DNA of 64,000 bases, taken from the IMG/VR virus record IMGVR_UViG_3300023179_004209, positions 32,001 to 96,000 of that record. One strand, written 5' to 3'. The notes below the pieces were generated by a model. The model worked only from the letters and a program-made list of their open reading frames with translations, ran no database searches and was not told the DNA's origin. The position numbers and the translations under genes are program-made. Every line of letters begins with the position of its first letter. The stretch's first letter is position 1. This document shows positions 26,809-36,070 of the stretch, piece by piece. Source of the DNA: a virus. Lineage: Duplodnaviria; Heunggongvirae; Uroviricota; Caudoviricetes.

Positions 26809-28188
26809 TTATTCACTGTCCTCTGAATTATGAGCATTCCACTTGTTGCTCATCATTTTCTTGACTACATTTTCTTCTTGACTCATTTCATTCAAGATAC
26901 CAATACCTTCACGACTATTTTCTGCGAAGATTCTGATATCACCGCAACCAGCATTCATTCTAGCAGGGAATGTAATACCATCGGGACCGAAACGATTCTT
27001 AATTACATGGAACCGTGCAGTATTAGCTTGTTTATCTGACATCTTACGACTTAGTGACATAACGAAGTCGGCGGTCATAATCTTACGATAACTATCTGAA
27101 ATATTATTTGCCTGAATGATATCTTCATCCATAGCTGCTCTGTTTGATTGTGAAGCACTCCAAATAGGAACTTGAAGTTCACCTGCTACCCCACGGAGTT
27201 CTTCATAAATACCGCCAGCTTCACTATAACTATTACTATTACGTTCGCTCTGAGAAGGACGTAGAATGTCAGCATAGTCAACGATAATCATATCTACCTT
27301 AGTACCAAGAGTTTGAATACGTTCAGCATGTAGTTTCAAACTATGAGCAGATACCGTCTTGATTGGAAAATACTTAATAATCAATTTACCAGGCACTTCT
27401 GCAATCTTCTTCTTAACAATGTCAATGTTGTTACGAATATTTTGGAAATCAATTCCAGTAAAACAAGCGTCATAACGTAGTCCAACATAGTTTTCATTCA
27501 ATTCCAAAGTATAATGTAATACATTTTTACCTTGACGCATTGCTTCTGCACCCATCTTGGCAAGAACCCAACTCTTACCACTACCAGCACAAGCAGTAAT
27601 GATTCCGAGTTCACCACCAGCAAGACCACCATCCATAATACTATCTACTTCTGTCCAGTTGGTCTTGACAGTTTTACGAGCCATTTGACTCATACGTTTT
27701 TCAACATCAACCATGTATTCATGTCCAATGTTACGTTCCATACCGGCTTTCATCGCAACATCAACTACATGTTTGATCTTGTCATATTGACCACTCTTTA
27801 AGTGATCAACACTCTCCATAATAGCATTCTTAATCTTTTGATTCTTACAAAATTCAAGAAACTGTTCTTTGATGTATTTCAAATCAGTATCACTGATTTT
27901 CTGGTAAACCATACGAAGTTGTTCTACAACTGATTGTTTCAACAACTCGTTTTCAATACCATCAACTTTAACCTTAAAGACCGCCAATGTTGGCAAGTCT
28001 TTGTATTGAAGAAAATAACTAATCGTTTCTTTAACGATAAATTTATGCGCATCTGTCTCGAAACTATCTGGTTCCAAGATATCGCTAATTCTTTCAATGA
28101 ATGTTTTATCCGACACCAAACCACTAATACATTTGATTTGGAATTCAGATCCGAATTTTTTTAGGTTATCAATAATTTTTTCCGACAT
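26809..28188 (-). CDS. Replicative DnaB-like helicase (T4 gp41-like)
   Basis: ACAGSGKS, TLEL, IVDYAD, SASQSNR, KNRFG. Confidence 0.9.
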   Translation of the reverse strand: MSEKIIDNLKKFGSEFQIKCISGLVSDKTFIERISDILEPDSFETDAHKFIVKETISYFLQYKDLPTLAVFKVKVDGIENELLKQSVVEQLRMVYQKISDTDLKYIKEQFLEFCKNQKIKNAIMESVDHLKSGQYDKIKHVVDVAMKAGMERNIGHEYMVDVEKRMSQMARKTVKTNWTEVDSIMDGGLAGGELGIITACAGSGKSWVLAKMGAEAMRQGKNVLHYTLELNENYVGLRYDACFTGIDFQNIRNNIDIVKKKIAEVPGKLIIKYFPIKTVSAHSLKLHAERIQTLGTKVDMIIVDYADILRPSQSERNSNSYSEAGGIYEELRGVAGELQVPIWSASQSNRAAMDEDIIQANNISDSYRKIMTADFVMSLSRKMSDKQANTARFHVIKNRFGPDGITFPARMNAGCGDIRIFAENSREGIGILNEMSQEENVVKKMMSNKWNAHNSEDSE

Positions 28189-28248
28189 ATTTTTAATATA
28201 ATTTAACTACACCAACTATACCACACCATTTCTGTAAACCAAGAATAT

Positions 28249-29316
28249 TTACAGAACCATTGAATTTATTTTTCCAAACACTTCATTTAGCCATACCATG
28301 CTATTTGGAAAATTATTTTGCATACAGTCTTCTACCAACAACTTACTAAAACCAAATCTGTCAAGTTTACCGATTGGTTTTTCCATGATTTCATTGATTC
28401 TCAATTGCGAGAACGATTGAATCTGAGTATCATGCAACTGCATTAAATCATAATTACGTTGCATAATGTCTTTATTTTCTAATACAGTATCATACAACTT
28501 CAACTTACCTTTATGAGTATCACTATAATTGTATAACTCTTGTAAGGAATATTGTTTATCTTCTGTAAGAATAGGATAACACTTGATAATAGTTTTTAAC
28601 CCAGCACCTTTAATACCGTCAATATTATCACTGCTGTCTCCTTCCATAATTCTATAATTGATAAAGTTCTTACAACTAATACCATATTCCAATAGAATTT
28701 CTGCACAACCATACAATTTCTTTTTGGTTGGACTCCAAATTTTAATTCTATCACCGGCTAGTTGTAAGAAATCTTTATCGGCACTCATAATAGTAACATT
28801 ACTATTCTTAAAGTACTCTTTAGCCAAATAAGCAATTGTGTCGTCTGCTTCAATATGATCAATTGCCATTGTTGTTACAGGCAATTTATCCAAATATTGT
28901 ACAGTTCTCAACAACTGTTTCTTTAGATTTTTATCTTCTGTATCTGGAGTGGTAAGATCATCATAAGCTCTATTAAGCCGAATCTTAGTCTTTCTACCAC
29001 TCTTGTATTCTGGATAAATCTTCCGTCTTTTCAGTGAACCCCCTTGACCATCAGACACAATTACAATCTTTGTAGGATTGATTAATTTTGCTGCATAACC
29101 AATGCTTTTTAAGCACCCTGCAATTCCACCAGTATGATTACCATTGGAATTGAGGGAGGGGGAGGCCATGAACGCTCTAATAAAAGTGTTCATGAAATCA
29201 ACAATTAATACTTCAGAATCAGAGGATCTATTCAATCCTCCAACTCTGTCTTCTTGTTTTACATTATCGAATAACGAAAACAACCTCTTTTTTTCACTGT
29301 CAGATAGATTACTCAT
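28249..29316 (-). CDS. 5'-3' exonuclease / T4 RNase H-like flap endonuclease
   Basis: IVDFMN, YKSGR, EADDTIAYL, SADKDFLQL, GDSSDNIDGIKGAG; likely start ATG 29316. Confidence 0.9.
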   Translation of the reverse strand: MSNLSDSEKKRLFSLFDNVKQEDRVGGLNRSSDSEVLIVDFMNTFIRAFMASPSLNSNGNHTGGIAGCLKSIGYAAKLINPTKIVIVSDGQGGSLKRRKIYPEYKSGRKTKIRLNRAYDDLTTPDTEDKNLKKQLLRTVQYLDKLPVTTMAIDHIEADDTIAYLAKEYFKNSNVTIMSADKDFLQLAGDRIKIWSPTKKKLYGCAEILLEYGISCKNFINYRIMEGDSSDNIDGIKGAGLKTIIKCYPILTEDKQYSLQELYNYSDTHKGKLKLYDTVLENKDIMQRNYDLMQLHDTQIQSFSQLRINEIMEKPIGKLDRFGFSKLLVEDCMQNNFPNSMVWLNEVFGKINSMVL

Positions 29317-30460
29317 TCTCAGATGATACACCAGCATCCTCGTCAGTGTCAACAACTGCGTCGTCAACAATAACACTATTTGGATCTTTATATTTCATGA
29401 TTACAGCATCACAAATCTTCAAGTAAACTTCTTCACTCAAAACTTTATCTGTCTTCATTGCTTCTACAAAGTCCTTGGATTGGAACTTCCATTCCTCACC
29501 ATTATCCTTTTTATAGGTATAATATGCACCACCTTGTTTTACCAAGTTATTTTCTTTCAATACCTTGATCCAACTGCCGTAATCAGCAATTCCACTATCA
29601 AAGTAAATATCGAAAGCAGCTTGACGTTGTGGTGGACCCATACGGTTCTTAATAACAACTGCTTTACATTCATTACCAATAACTTCTTCACCCTTCTTTA
29701 GTTTACCAGTGTTGTTCAAACGAACACGTACCGAACAGTGATAAGCAAGTGACTTACCACCACTTACTACCCACTTATCACCAAATGCCATAGCATTTAG
29801 ATTCTGACGTAATTGATTGGTAAATACGGTAAGAACTTTTTGTTTACCAATCATGTTAGTGATCTTACGCATTGCTTTGCTAATGATAATAGATTTACCA
29901 GTAGCAAATCCATCTTTACCGTGATCACTTTCTAGTTCTGCTTTTGTAGAAGCAGCAGCAACAGAGTCAACGATAATTGTAAGAATACGATCTTTATTAC
30001 TCTTACGAACAATGCCGATCATATGTTCCATCTTTTCAAAAATATCTTCAACGGTTTCGCATTGAACATATAGAAGTTTTGATAGATCTACACCTAGACT
30101 CTTCCAGAATTCAGGAGCAGCAGCATTTTCAGTATCAATAACTACTGCTACACCACCTTTCTTTTGTGTATCTGCAACAACGTGTGCGGATACTAGACTT
30201 TTACCAGTTCCTTCCAAACCATTGAATTCAACCATCTTTCCAACTGGCAATCCACCATGAGGACGATTGCTAATTGCTAAATCAAGCATAGAAGAACCTG
30301 TACTAATCCAGTCGCTAATATCTGCGGGGTTTTCTTGTTCATCCAAGAAATATGCAATCTTACCGCCATCTTTATTGGCTTTATTTAACTCATTTGCGAG
30401 TAATTCGACTAACTCATCTCTTTGAGGAGCATCTTGTGTAACTTGATTTTTCTTTTTCAT
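29309..30460 (-). CDS. uvsX: RecA/UvsX recombinase
   Basis: ISTGS..LD, GLEGTGKS, IDTENA, IVDSVAA, FTNQLR, KNRMGPP. Confidence 0.9.
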   Translation of the reverse strand: MKKKNQVTQDAPQRDELVELLANELNKANKDGGKIAYFLDEQENPADISDWISTGSSMLDLAISNRPHGGLPVGKMVEFNGLEGTGKSLVSAHVVADTQKKGGVAVVIDTENAAAPEFWKSLGVDLSKLLYVQCETVEDIFEKMEHMIGIVRKSNKDRILTIIVDSVAAASTKAELESDHGKDGFATGKSIIISKAMRKITNMIGKQKVLTVFTNQLRQNLNAMAFGDKWVVSGGKSLAYHCSVRVRLNNTGKLKKGEEVIGNECKAVVIKNRMGPPQRQAAFDIYFDSGIADYGSWIKVLKENNLVKQGGAYYTYKKDNGEEWKFQSKDFVEAMKTDKVLSEEVYLKICDAVIMKYKDPNSVIVDDAVVDTDEDAGVSSENE

Positions 30461-30469
30461 AATAATATA

Positions 30470-30509
30470 AAACTAAAATAGGGGTGGCAGTAATATATAC
30501 TACCACCCC
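30470..30509 (-). terminator. Intrinsic terminator after the gp32-like gene
   Basis: GGGGTGG..GTA / TAC..CCACCCC stem followed by TATTTTAGTTTT on - strand. Confidence 0.75.
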
Positions 30510-30526
30510 ATTACAAACAATTTATT

Positions 30527-31336
30527 TTAACTGTTAAACAAATTATCAAAAGCGGCTGCTACATCATCCGAATTTGATTTTGCTGCGACAGCTGTTGGTG
30601 ATTTATTCGTTGCAGTTGCTTTTGGAGCAGGAGCAGGAGTTTCCTCATCAACAATTGTGTTAACTGTTCCTTCAGAAGGAATTGAACCATCTGGATTCAA
30701 CCAGGCATTCATTACTTCCTTTAGTTCGTCATAACTAAATTCAGGGAATAGATCCATGATGTTAGTCTGTTGTGCCAAGATATCCTTTTGAGAAGGATCA
30801 ATTGCAACACTTGCGTTTGGCTTGACACGAATTGTAGTTTCTGGGAATGACTTACCAGAATCTTCTGCGGTACGGAATTCTACAACAATGTCACGACCAT
30901 TGACCAAATCAGTAATATCACCATAGTCAACATCACTGATGATACTTAGAATTTCTTGGTAAACATTCTTACCAAATCCCCAGAAACGAACACCTTCGTT
31001 TTCCTCACCACGAACGATGATAGGAGCATAGGTACGCATCTTTGGTTCAAACTTACGACCCAAAATCCAGTCTTCCTTGTTTCCGGTCTTCTTCATACGA
31101 TTGGACCATTCAACGATTGGATCAGGACGATTGAAACTATCGGGAGATAGATAAGTCTTGTTATTGATATTGTAGTGGAACTTTAGTTCGATAAAAGGAT
31201 TATCGGTTTGATACTTGTAGGGAACGATACGAACTACTTGTTTACCAGGCTTTGGTTTCCAAATGAGATTGGTTTTGTTGCCTTGGTTTGTTAGAGAGCT
31301 CAAACGACTCTTCAATTTTGATATGTCTAATGCCAT
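30527..31336 (-). CDS. Single-stranded DNA-binding protein (T4 gp32-like)
   Basis: WKPKPG..VRIVP, FWGFGK, YGDITD...GRDI, acidic tail AFDNLFNS. Confidence 0.85.
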   Translation of the reverse strand: MALDISKLKSRLSSLTNQGNKTNLIWKPKPGKQVVRIVPYKYQTDNPFIELKFHYNINNKTYLSPDSFNRPDPIVEWSNRMKKTGNKEDWILGRKFEPKMRTYAPIIVRGEENEGVRFWGFGKNVYQEILSIISDVDYGDITDLVNGRDIVVEFRTAEDSGKSFPETTIRVKPNASVAIDPSQKDILAQQTNIMDLFPEFSYDELKEVMNAWLNPDGSIPSEGTVNTIVDEETPAPAPKATATNKSPTAVAAKSNSDDVAAAFDNLFNS

Positions 31337-31425
31337 AATTTTTAATTAGTTAATTTAGTTAATTAGTTAATTAGATAACTCACACGAATTATTTAATGAC
31401 AACCAATTAAGTTGTCATCAATATA
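31337..31425 (-). promoter_or_regulatory. Structured gp32 leader: two hairpins plus CTAATTAA repeats before the ATG
   Basis: ATGACAAC-ttaattg-GTTGTCAT; ATAATTC-gtgt-GAGTTAT; four CTAA(A)TTAA repeats. Confidence 0.6.
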
Positions 31426-31444
31426 TATGAAGACCAAAAAGATT

Positions 31445-31837
31445 TCAACTTATTATATCAAAAATTTTGACGGAGACGATTTTCACTGATACTTCGCTCG
31501 TTAAAATAATTGAATTTCTGTAGAGATTCCAGTCCAATTGGAAGGTTTTATCAAAAACACCATTGTTTTCCTCAGCAATCAACTTATTCATTGCATTGAG
31601 AGTATACAATGTGTTTGTTTCTTTTTTTCTATGGACACTGATAGTGTTACGAAATTTTAATTGATTATTATCATTTATTTCTACATTGTATGTTGCATAC
31701 AGTTCTTTTGGATTGTTGACATTACACAATAAAAATATTTTACCGTTAATAACACTATAGAAATTTTTTATTTCTTGTATAGTGTCATTATATTCTTTGG
31801 AATTGGTAAATGTACACAATAATTGTTTGTTCTTCAT
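31445..31837 (-). CDS. Hypothetical protein
   Basis: 130 aa, ATGA-coupled, upstream of gp32. Confidence 0.7.
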   Translation of the reverse strand: MKNKQLLCTFTNSKEYNDTIQEIKNFYSVINGKIFLLCNVNNPKELYATYNVEINDNNQLKFRNTISVHRKKETNTLYTLNAMNKLIAEENNGVFDKTFQLDWNLYRNSIILTSEVSVKIVSVKIFDIIS

Positions 31838-32442
31838 TTATTTATAATTAATTGTTTACCGTCAACATTCCACAATTTACCGACATAATTTCCAGAAGAA
31901 TCAAACCAACTATTTCTTTTGTTATAAAATCCAAACTTTAAAGCTTCTTGTAATGTATATTCAGTAGTCAATGCTTTCTCAATTGCTACTGCATCTTGTT
32001 CTTTTTCTTCAGGAGTTCTGTCATCACTCTTTGATTTTTGTGGTTCTGTTTGTTGAACAGGTTGGGTTTGTTGTGGTTCAAATTCAATTTGTTGTCCACT
32101 TGGTTGTTCTGGTTGTTCGTCTCCAACAAATACATTAGCTTGACCCTTTTTTGGATTTTCTTCAAAATGAGTACCACGAGCAATAGCTTTTTGTTTGTAT
32201 TCTGGAGTTGGAAATGTAACAAGAATACCATTTGTGTTGTATGCTTGTCTTTCAGGATATTTACCTTCAAGCATTTTATTCAAATATTGATTTACAATTT
32301 TAGAATCAACATTTGAGTTCAACAAATATTCTCTCAGTACTTCAATATGTTCTTGTTTAGAAATATCAAATATACCGTTTTCAATTGAAATGTCGGTACT
32401 TGCTTGTTCTAATGCTTCAAAAAATATTTGTTTGATGTTCAT
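31834..32442 (-). CDS. Hypothetical protein with Q/E/P-rich linker
   Basis: 202 aa, co-oriented. Confidence 0.65.
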   Translation of the reverse strand: MNIKQIFFEALEQASTDISIENGIFDISKQEHIEVLREYLLNSNVDSKIVNQYLNKMLEGKYPERQAYNTNGILVTFPTPEYKQKAIARGTHFEENPKKGQANVFVGDEQPEQPSGQQIEFEPQQTQPVQQTEPQKSKSDDRTPEEKEQDAVAIEKALTTEYTLQEALKFGFYNKRNSWFDSSGNYVGKLWNVDGKQLIINK

Positions 32443-32444
32443 AA

Positions 32445-34256
32445 TTAAAATACATCCTCTTCACTTAAATTGGAACGATGAATTTCTGTTTTGAAAGAAA
32501 ACTTACTTCCTCTTTCATTTCTTAATTCAATTGCAGAATAAAATGGTTTTACTTCTACCTTTCCATTTTCCTCTTCTTCTCGTATATCGAATATAATATA
32601 TAAATATACAACGAAATATGTTCCTTCTTTATTTTTACTTACTTCAAACTTACTCAATCTAAAATTCTTATTTTCACTTGCATCAATTAACTTTTTACCA
32701 GTAGAAAATTCAGACTTGGTTCCCATTCTGTTAATTGTCTTACCATTAAATACTACAAGCGGCAAACTATCATTATTACCAAAGATTGCTTCGGCAGATA
32801 TTTGACTTGCAAATTGAATAAATTCTTTCTTGATTTGAGCTTCATTGCCCACATTCATAAATCTTTCAATGAACTTTTCATAAAACTTTATAGCAGCAAT
32901 ATTAGAATTGAAGATGTTCATTGGTCTAAATGCACCTTTATTCATCGGAACATCACCTTTAGTAGATGGATTAAAATAATCATTATAAACTTTTATAGAA
33001 GCATTCTTGACTTCTTTTACATCTTCTGGTGTAGTACCAGTTAGTTGAACCATAAACAAGTTCTTATTATCAATCAATCTTACCTTTTCATTTATGGTGC
33101 TAAATAAAGAATCTGGTTGAATTCTATTGATTTGTTGAATAAAGATTGCAACATTTTTCTTTAAAGAATCGGTCATATTTACTAATACTTCATCAGCTTC
33201 TCTTGCTTCAGATAAAACACCAATTTCTTTTTCAATACTATCCCATGTATTAAACATAGTAGAATATTGATTTCTAGCATAATTCATGTCTTCTTGACAT
33301 TTTTGTTCAATATTACCAAAAATCTTTACAATTGTATTTTTAATTTTTTGTGTAAAATCACTCCATCCTTTTGTCAATTCCGCAGACAAATCTCCTATTT
33401 TTGATGAAATTCTATTAAGAGAAGATTTTAATGATGATATAAATTCAATTTCAGTTAATAATGTCTTACCCAAATATATTTCTTCAAATACAGGAGCACC
33501 ACCACTAAATACACTGCGTGGATCTTTTTCAATTGGTTTTCCATCTGGTTGTTGTGATTGTAACCATTGATAATATTTTTCTCTTTGCGCAGGTGTACCT
33601 GAAAAACTTTCCTTATCTGAAAGTATATCAAAAGCACCTTTCATTCTTCCAATACGATAACTATCCCCACCAGCTTTTAAAGAAACCATTGCGAATTTCT
33701 TTCCTGTACCAGTTATTTCACACAAACTTTCGTTGGTACCACTTACTTTTCTATCTTTTAAAGCAATTTGAATTTCTGATATACTGCAATTATATAACAA
33801 CACCGCATCAGCAGTGTTTTCTTTTTTCTTATCTTTACTGGCATAACCACTTTTATTGAATGATTCATAAAACTTTTTGATGTCTTGATGAATAAATCCT
33901 GTTGGTTTTGTTGATGTTACATTTGCTAATGTTACACTAGTACCAGATGCCAACTCAATTCTGGCCTTTATATCTGCATAATTTTGATACAATTTATTTT
34001 TTCCAACCGCAGTAATTATTGCAGGATTATTTAATTGTTGTATACTCTTTAATATTTTTTCTATTTCTTCGGATAATTTTAACCACTTTTTGATTGTGTC
34101 TTTTTCTTTTGGATAATAATCTCCGTTTTCACCAAATATCTTATATAATGGAAAACTTTCTCTCAACTGTTGACTGAATGGCAATGGCATTACAGTTTCA
34201 ACCTGTTGTAACTTAGCTTGTAAGTCTTTTAATTTTATATCCGCATCTGTGTTCAT
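32445..34256 (-). CDS. Large hypothetical late protein, possible PD-(D/E)xK nuclease fold
   Basis: NTADAVL...AMVSLKAG motif; TATTTATA 7 nt upstream. Confidence 0.5.
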   Translation of the reverse strand: MNTDADIKLKDLQAKLQQVETVMPLPFSQQLRESFPLYKIFGENGDYYPKEKDTIKKWLKLSEEIEKILKSIQQLNNPAIITAVGKNKLYQNYADIKARIELASGTSVTLANVTSTKPTGFIHQDIKKFYESFNKSGYASKDKKKENTADAVLLYNCSISEIQIALKDRKVSGTNESLCEITGTGKKFAMVSLKAGGDSYRIGRMKGAFDILSDKESFSGTPAQREKYYQWLQSQQPDGKPIEKDPRSVFSGGAPVFEEIYLGKTLLTEIEFISSLKSSLNRISSKIGDLSAELTKGWSDFTQKIKNTIVKIFGNIEQKCQEDMNYARNQYSTMFNTWDSIEKEIGVLSEAREADEVLVNMTDSLKKNVAIFIQQINRIQPDSLFSTINEKVRLIDNKNLFMVQLTGTTPEDVKEVKNASIKVYNDYFNPSTKGDVPMNKGAFRPMNIFNSNIAAIKFYEKFIERFMNVGNEAQIKKEFIQFASQISAEAIFGNNDSLPLVVFNGKTINRMGTKSEFSTGKKLIDASENKNFRLSKFEVSKNKEGTYFVVYLYIIFDIREEEENGKVEVKPFYSAIELRNERGSKFSFKTEIHRSNLSEEDVF

Positions 34257-34300
34257 TCGTATATATAAATATTGATATATACACGAAAATCGAATTGTTT

Positions 34301-35653
34301 TTAAATATCTACTACCGTCATACTATCATAATTCTTACCAATGTAACACTTTATAGGAAATTGATTGTTTGACATCAATCTTTTCAATTCTACCAAAGTC
34401 TCTTTTTTATCATTCTTATGACAATCAAACAAAACACTGTCATAAGTATACAAAATAGCCTTGGTTTGTTTACCGTTCAAATATTCATTAACTCTCACCA
34501 ATGATTGCATTCCAAATTCAGTTTCACTTGCTTGTAAGATATAATTGAACAACTTGTTTGGATTTGGTTCATTTATATGATTTGTAGTGATTCTTCTTTT
34601 ATAAATTGGTGTTTCCACATAACCATTTTCACTGAAAAACTTCCATCTATGAACAATATAATCACTCATTTTTTTAAAATAAGGTATTTCTAATAATTCA
34701 GATGGAATATTACCATACATACACTGGAATGTTAGGTTCTTTGACGCTTTGATTTCATCATCTGATAATTTATCCTTACCATAGTATAGTTTACCAAGAT
34801 ACTCATATGCATTTGGAGGAAGGTTGTAATTGATCAGTTTTGCAACTATATGGGGGTGGTAGGCGCTATAATCAATCATAAACAACATACCATCATCACC
34901 ATATCTACTGATAAATGATGATCTACACCCATTTTCTTTGTTTAATGCACTATAGTTTACGTTACCAAACCTATTACTAGGTCTTCCTGTTGCGGTATAT
35001 AGGTTATATTGTGTATAAACATAACCATCCTTATCTTTGATCGTTTTGTTCTCAAAATGCCTATTAAACAATTCTACATCCACTTTCAACCCATTCTGTT
35101 CAAGAATTCTAAGATTATCTGTAATGGTACTATTGATGCTATAAAAACTATCATCAATCTTGATGGATTTGAGTCTAATCAATACCGCATCATACATACT
35201 TTCAAACTTTTCCAAATGTTTTACCATCGGAATTGCTTTATTTAAATCTCCATACTTCTGAAACTTAGTTTTGATTACATTATGTGCAGTTGTATCAAAT
35301 TCACTATAATCTTCGACTTTACCGTCACTAATAAAGAAAATGATGTTAATATCAAACAGATTATTGATAGGAAATAGATGTAAACACTTTTTCTTATCAA
35401 ATACCCATTTCTTACCTTTTAGTTTATTGAAATCATTAATTAATGTTTCTTTATCGATAAAGACATTACAATCTGGGTGACTTAGATTGATAACATAAGT
35501 AGTTTTGGATTTGAGTATATGGATTAACACCATACACAATTCGTCTATACATGGATGTACTTTTTCATCTGATTGAATACATTCAAGAATAAAATCAGAT
35601 GAAACATGCGATTCTAAGAATTTAGAATAAAATTGTTTATCCAGACACACCAT
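34301..35653 (-). CDS. Short family-A DNA polymerase
   Basis: TATGRPSN, motif A DYSAYH, motif B SKNLTFQCMYG, LFNYILQ, motif C YTYDSVLFD; degenerate N-terminal exo-like region. Confidence 0.85.
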   Translation of the reverse strand: MVCLDKQFYSKFLESHVSSDFILECIQSDEKVHPCIDELCMVLIHILKSKTTYVINLSHPDCNVFIDKETLINDFNKLKGKKWVFDKKKCLHLFPINNLFDINIIFFISDGKVEDYSEFDTTAHNVIKTKFQKYGDLNKAIPMVKHLEKFESMYDAVLIRLKSIKIDDSFYSINSTITDNLRILEQNGLKVDVELFNRHFENKTIKDKDGYVYTQYNLYTATGRPSNRFGNVNYSALNKENGCRSSFISRYGDDGMLFMIDYSAYHPHIVAKLINYNLPPNAYEYLGKLYYGKDKLSDDEIKASKNLTFQCMYGNIPSELLEIPYFKKMSDYIVHRWKFFSENGYVETPIYKRRITTNHINEPNPNKLFNYILQASETEFGMQSLVRVNEYLNGKQTKAILYTYDSVLFDCHKNDKKETLVELKRLMSNNQFPIKCYIGKNYDSMTVVDI

Positions 35654-35659
35654 TGATAC

Positions 35660-35688
35660 AATGTAACACTATAACAAATCGAAGTCAA
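35660..35688 (-). promoter_or_regulatory. Sigma70-like promoter for the polymerase
   Basis: TTGACT-N17-(TGt)TACATT ending 6 nt before ATG. Confidence 0.55.
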
Positions 35689-36069
35689 TTATTTACCGAC
35701 CCAAAATTCAAGTGGGTTATTTAAATAATTTTTAATACCCTTCATTTTCTTTTCACTATCCGTTAATGTTTTTGTATTCTGTTCTTGGACACCTTTTCTT
35801 TCAAGAATATTATTATTATATTGATTATTTTTAGGTCCGGATATTATCCATTTAATAAAAATTTTATTATAATATTTAACTGATATATTATTATATAAAT
35901 CTTTATTTACTTCGATTATCGTTAAATCGTTTATTTTTTGTACAAAATAACGATACAAATATCCTTTTGTATAATCAAGTTTAGATGACATCGGTTTAAA
36001 ATAACTTGGGTAAACTTGATTGGATAAATCAATGCCTCCAATATTATTATAATCTGTTGGTGTAATCAT
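35689..36069 (-). CDS. Hypothetical protein at the end of the baseplate operon
   Basis: DYTKGYLYRYFVQK, W.ISGP; adjacent to baseplate genes. Confidence 0.6.
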   Translation of the reverse strand: MITPTDYNNIGGIDLSNQVYPSYFKPMSSKLDYTKGYLYRYFVQKINDLTIIEVNKDLYNNISVKYYNKIFIKWIISGPKNNQYNNNILERKGVQEQNTKTLTDSEKKMKGIKNYLNNPLEFWVGK

Positions 36070-36070
36070 A

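Noticed and set aside
26796-26812. NrdR box upstream of nrdA
   Set aside because: Single partial match (AACCTATATATC); a similar TATATAT core precedes unrelated genes.
23346-30460. Introns or inteins in nrdAB, helicase or uvsX
   Set aside because: ORFs are continuous, of normal length and lack splicing motifs.
31337-31380. CRISPR-like or iteron repeats
   Set aside because: 8-9 nt tandem units without spacers, abutting a start codon; better explained as a translational operator.
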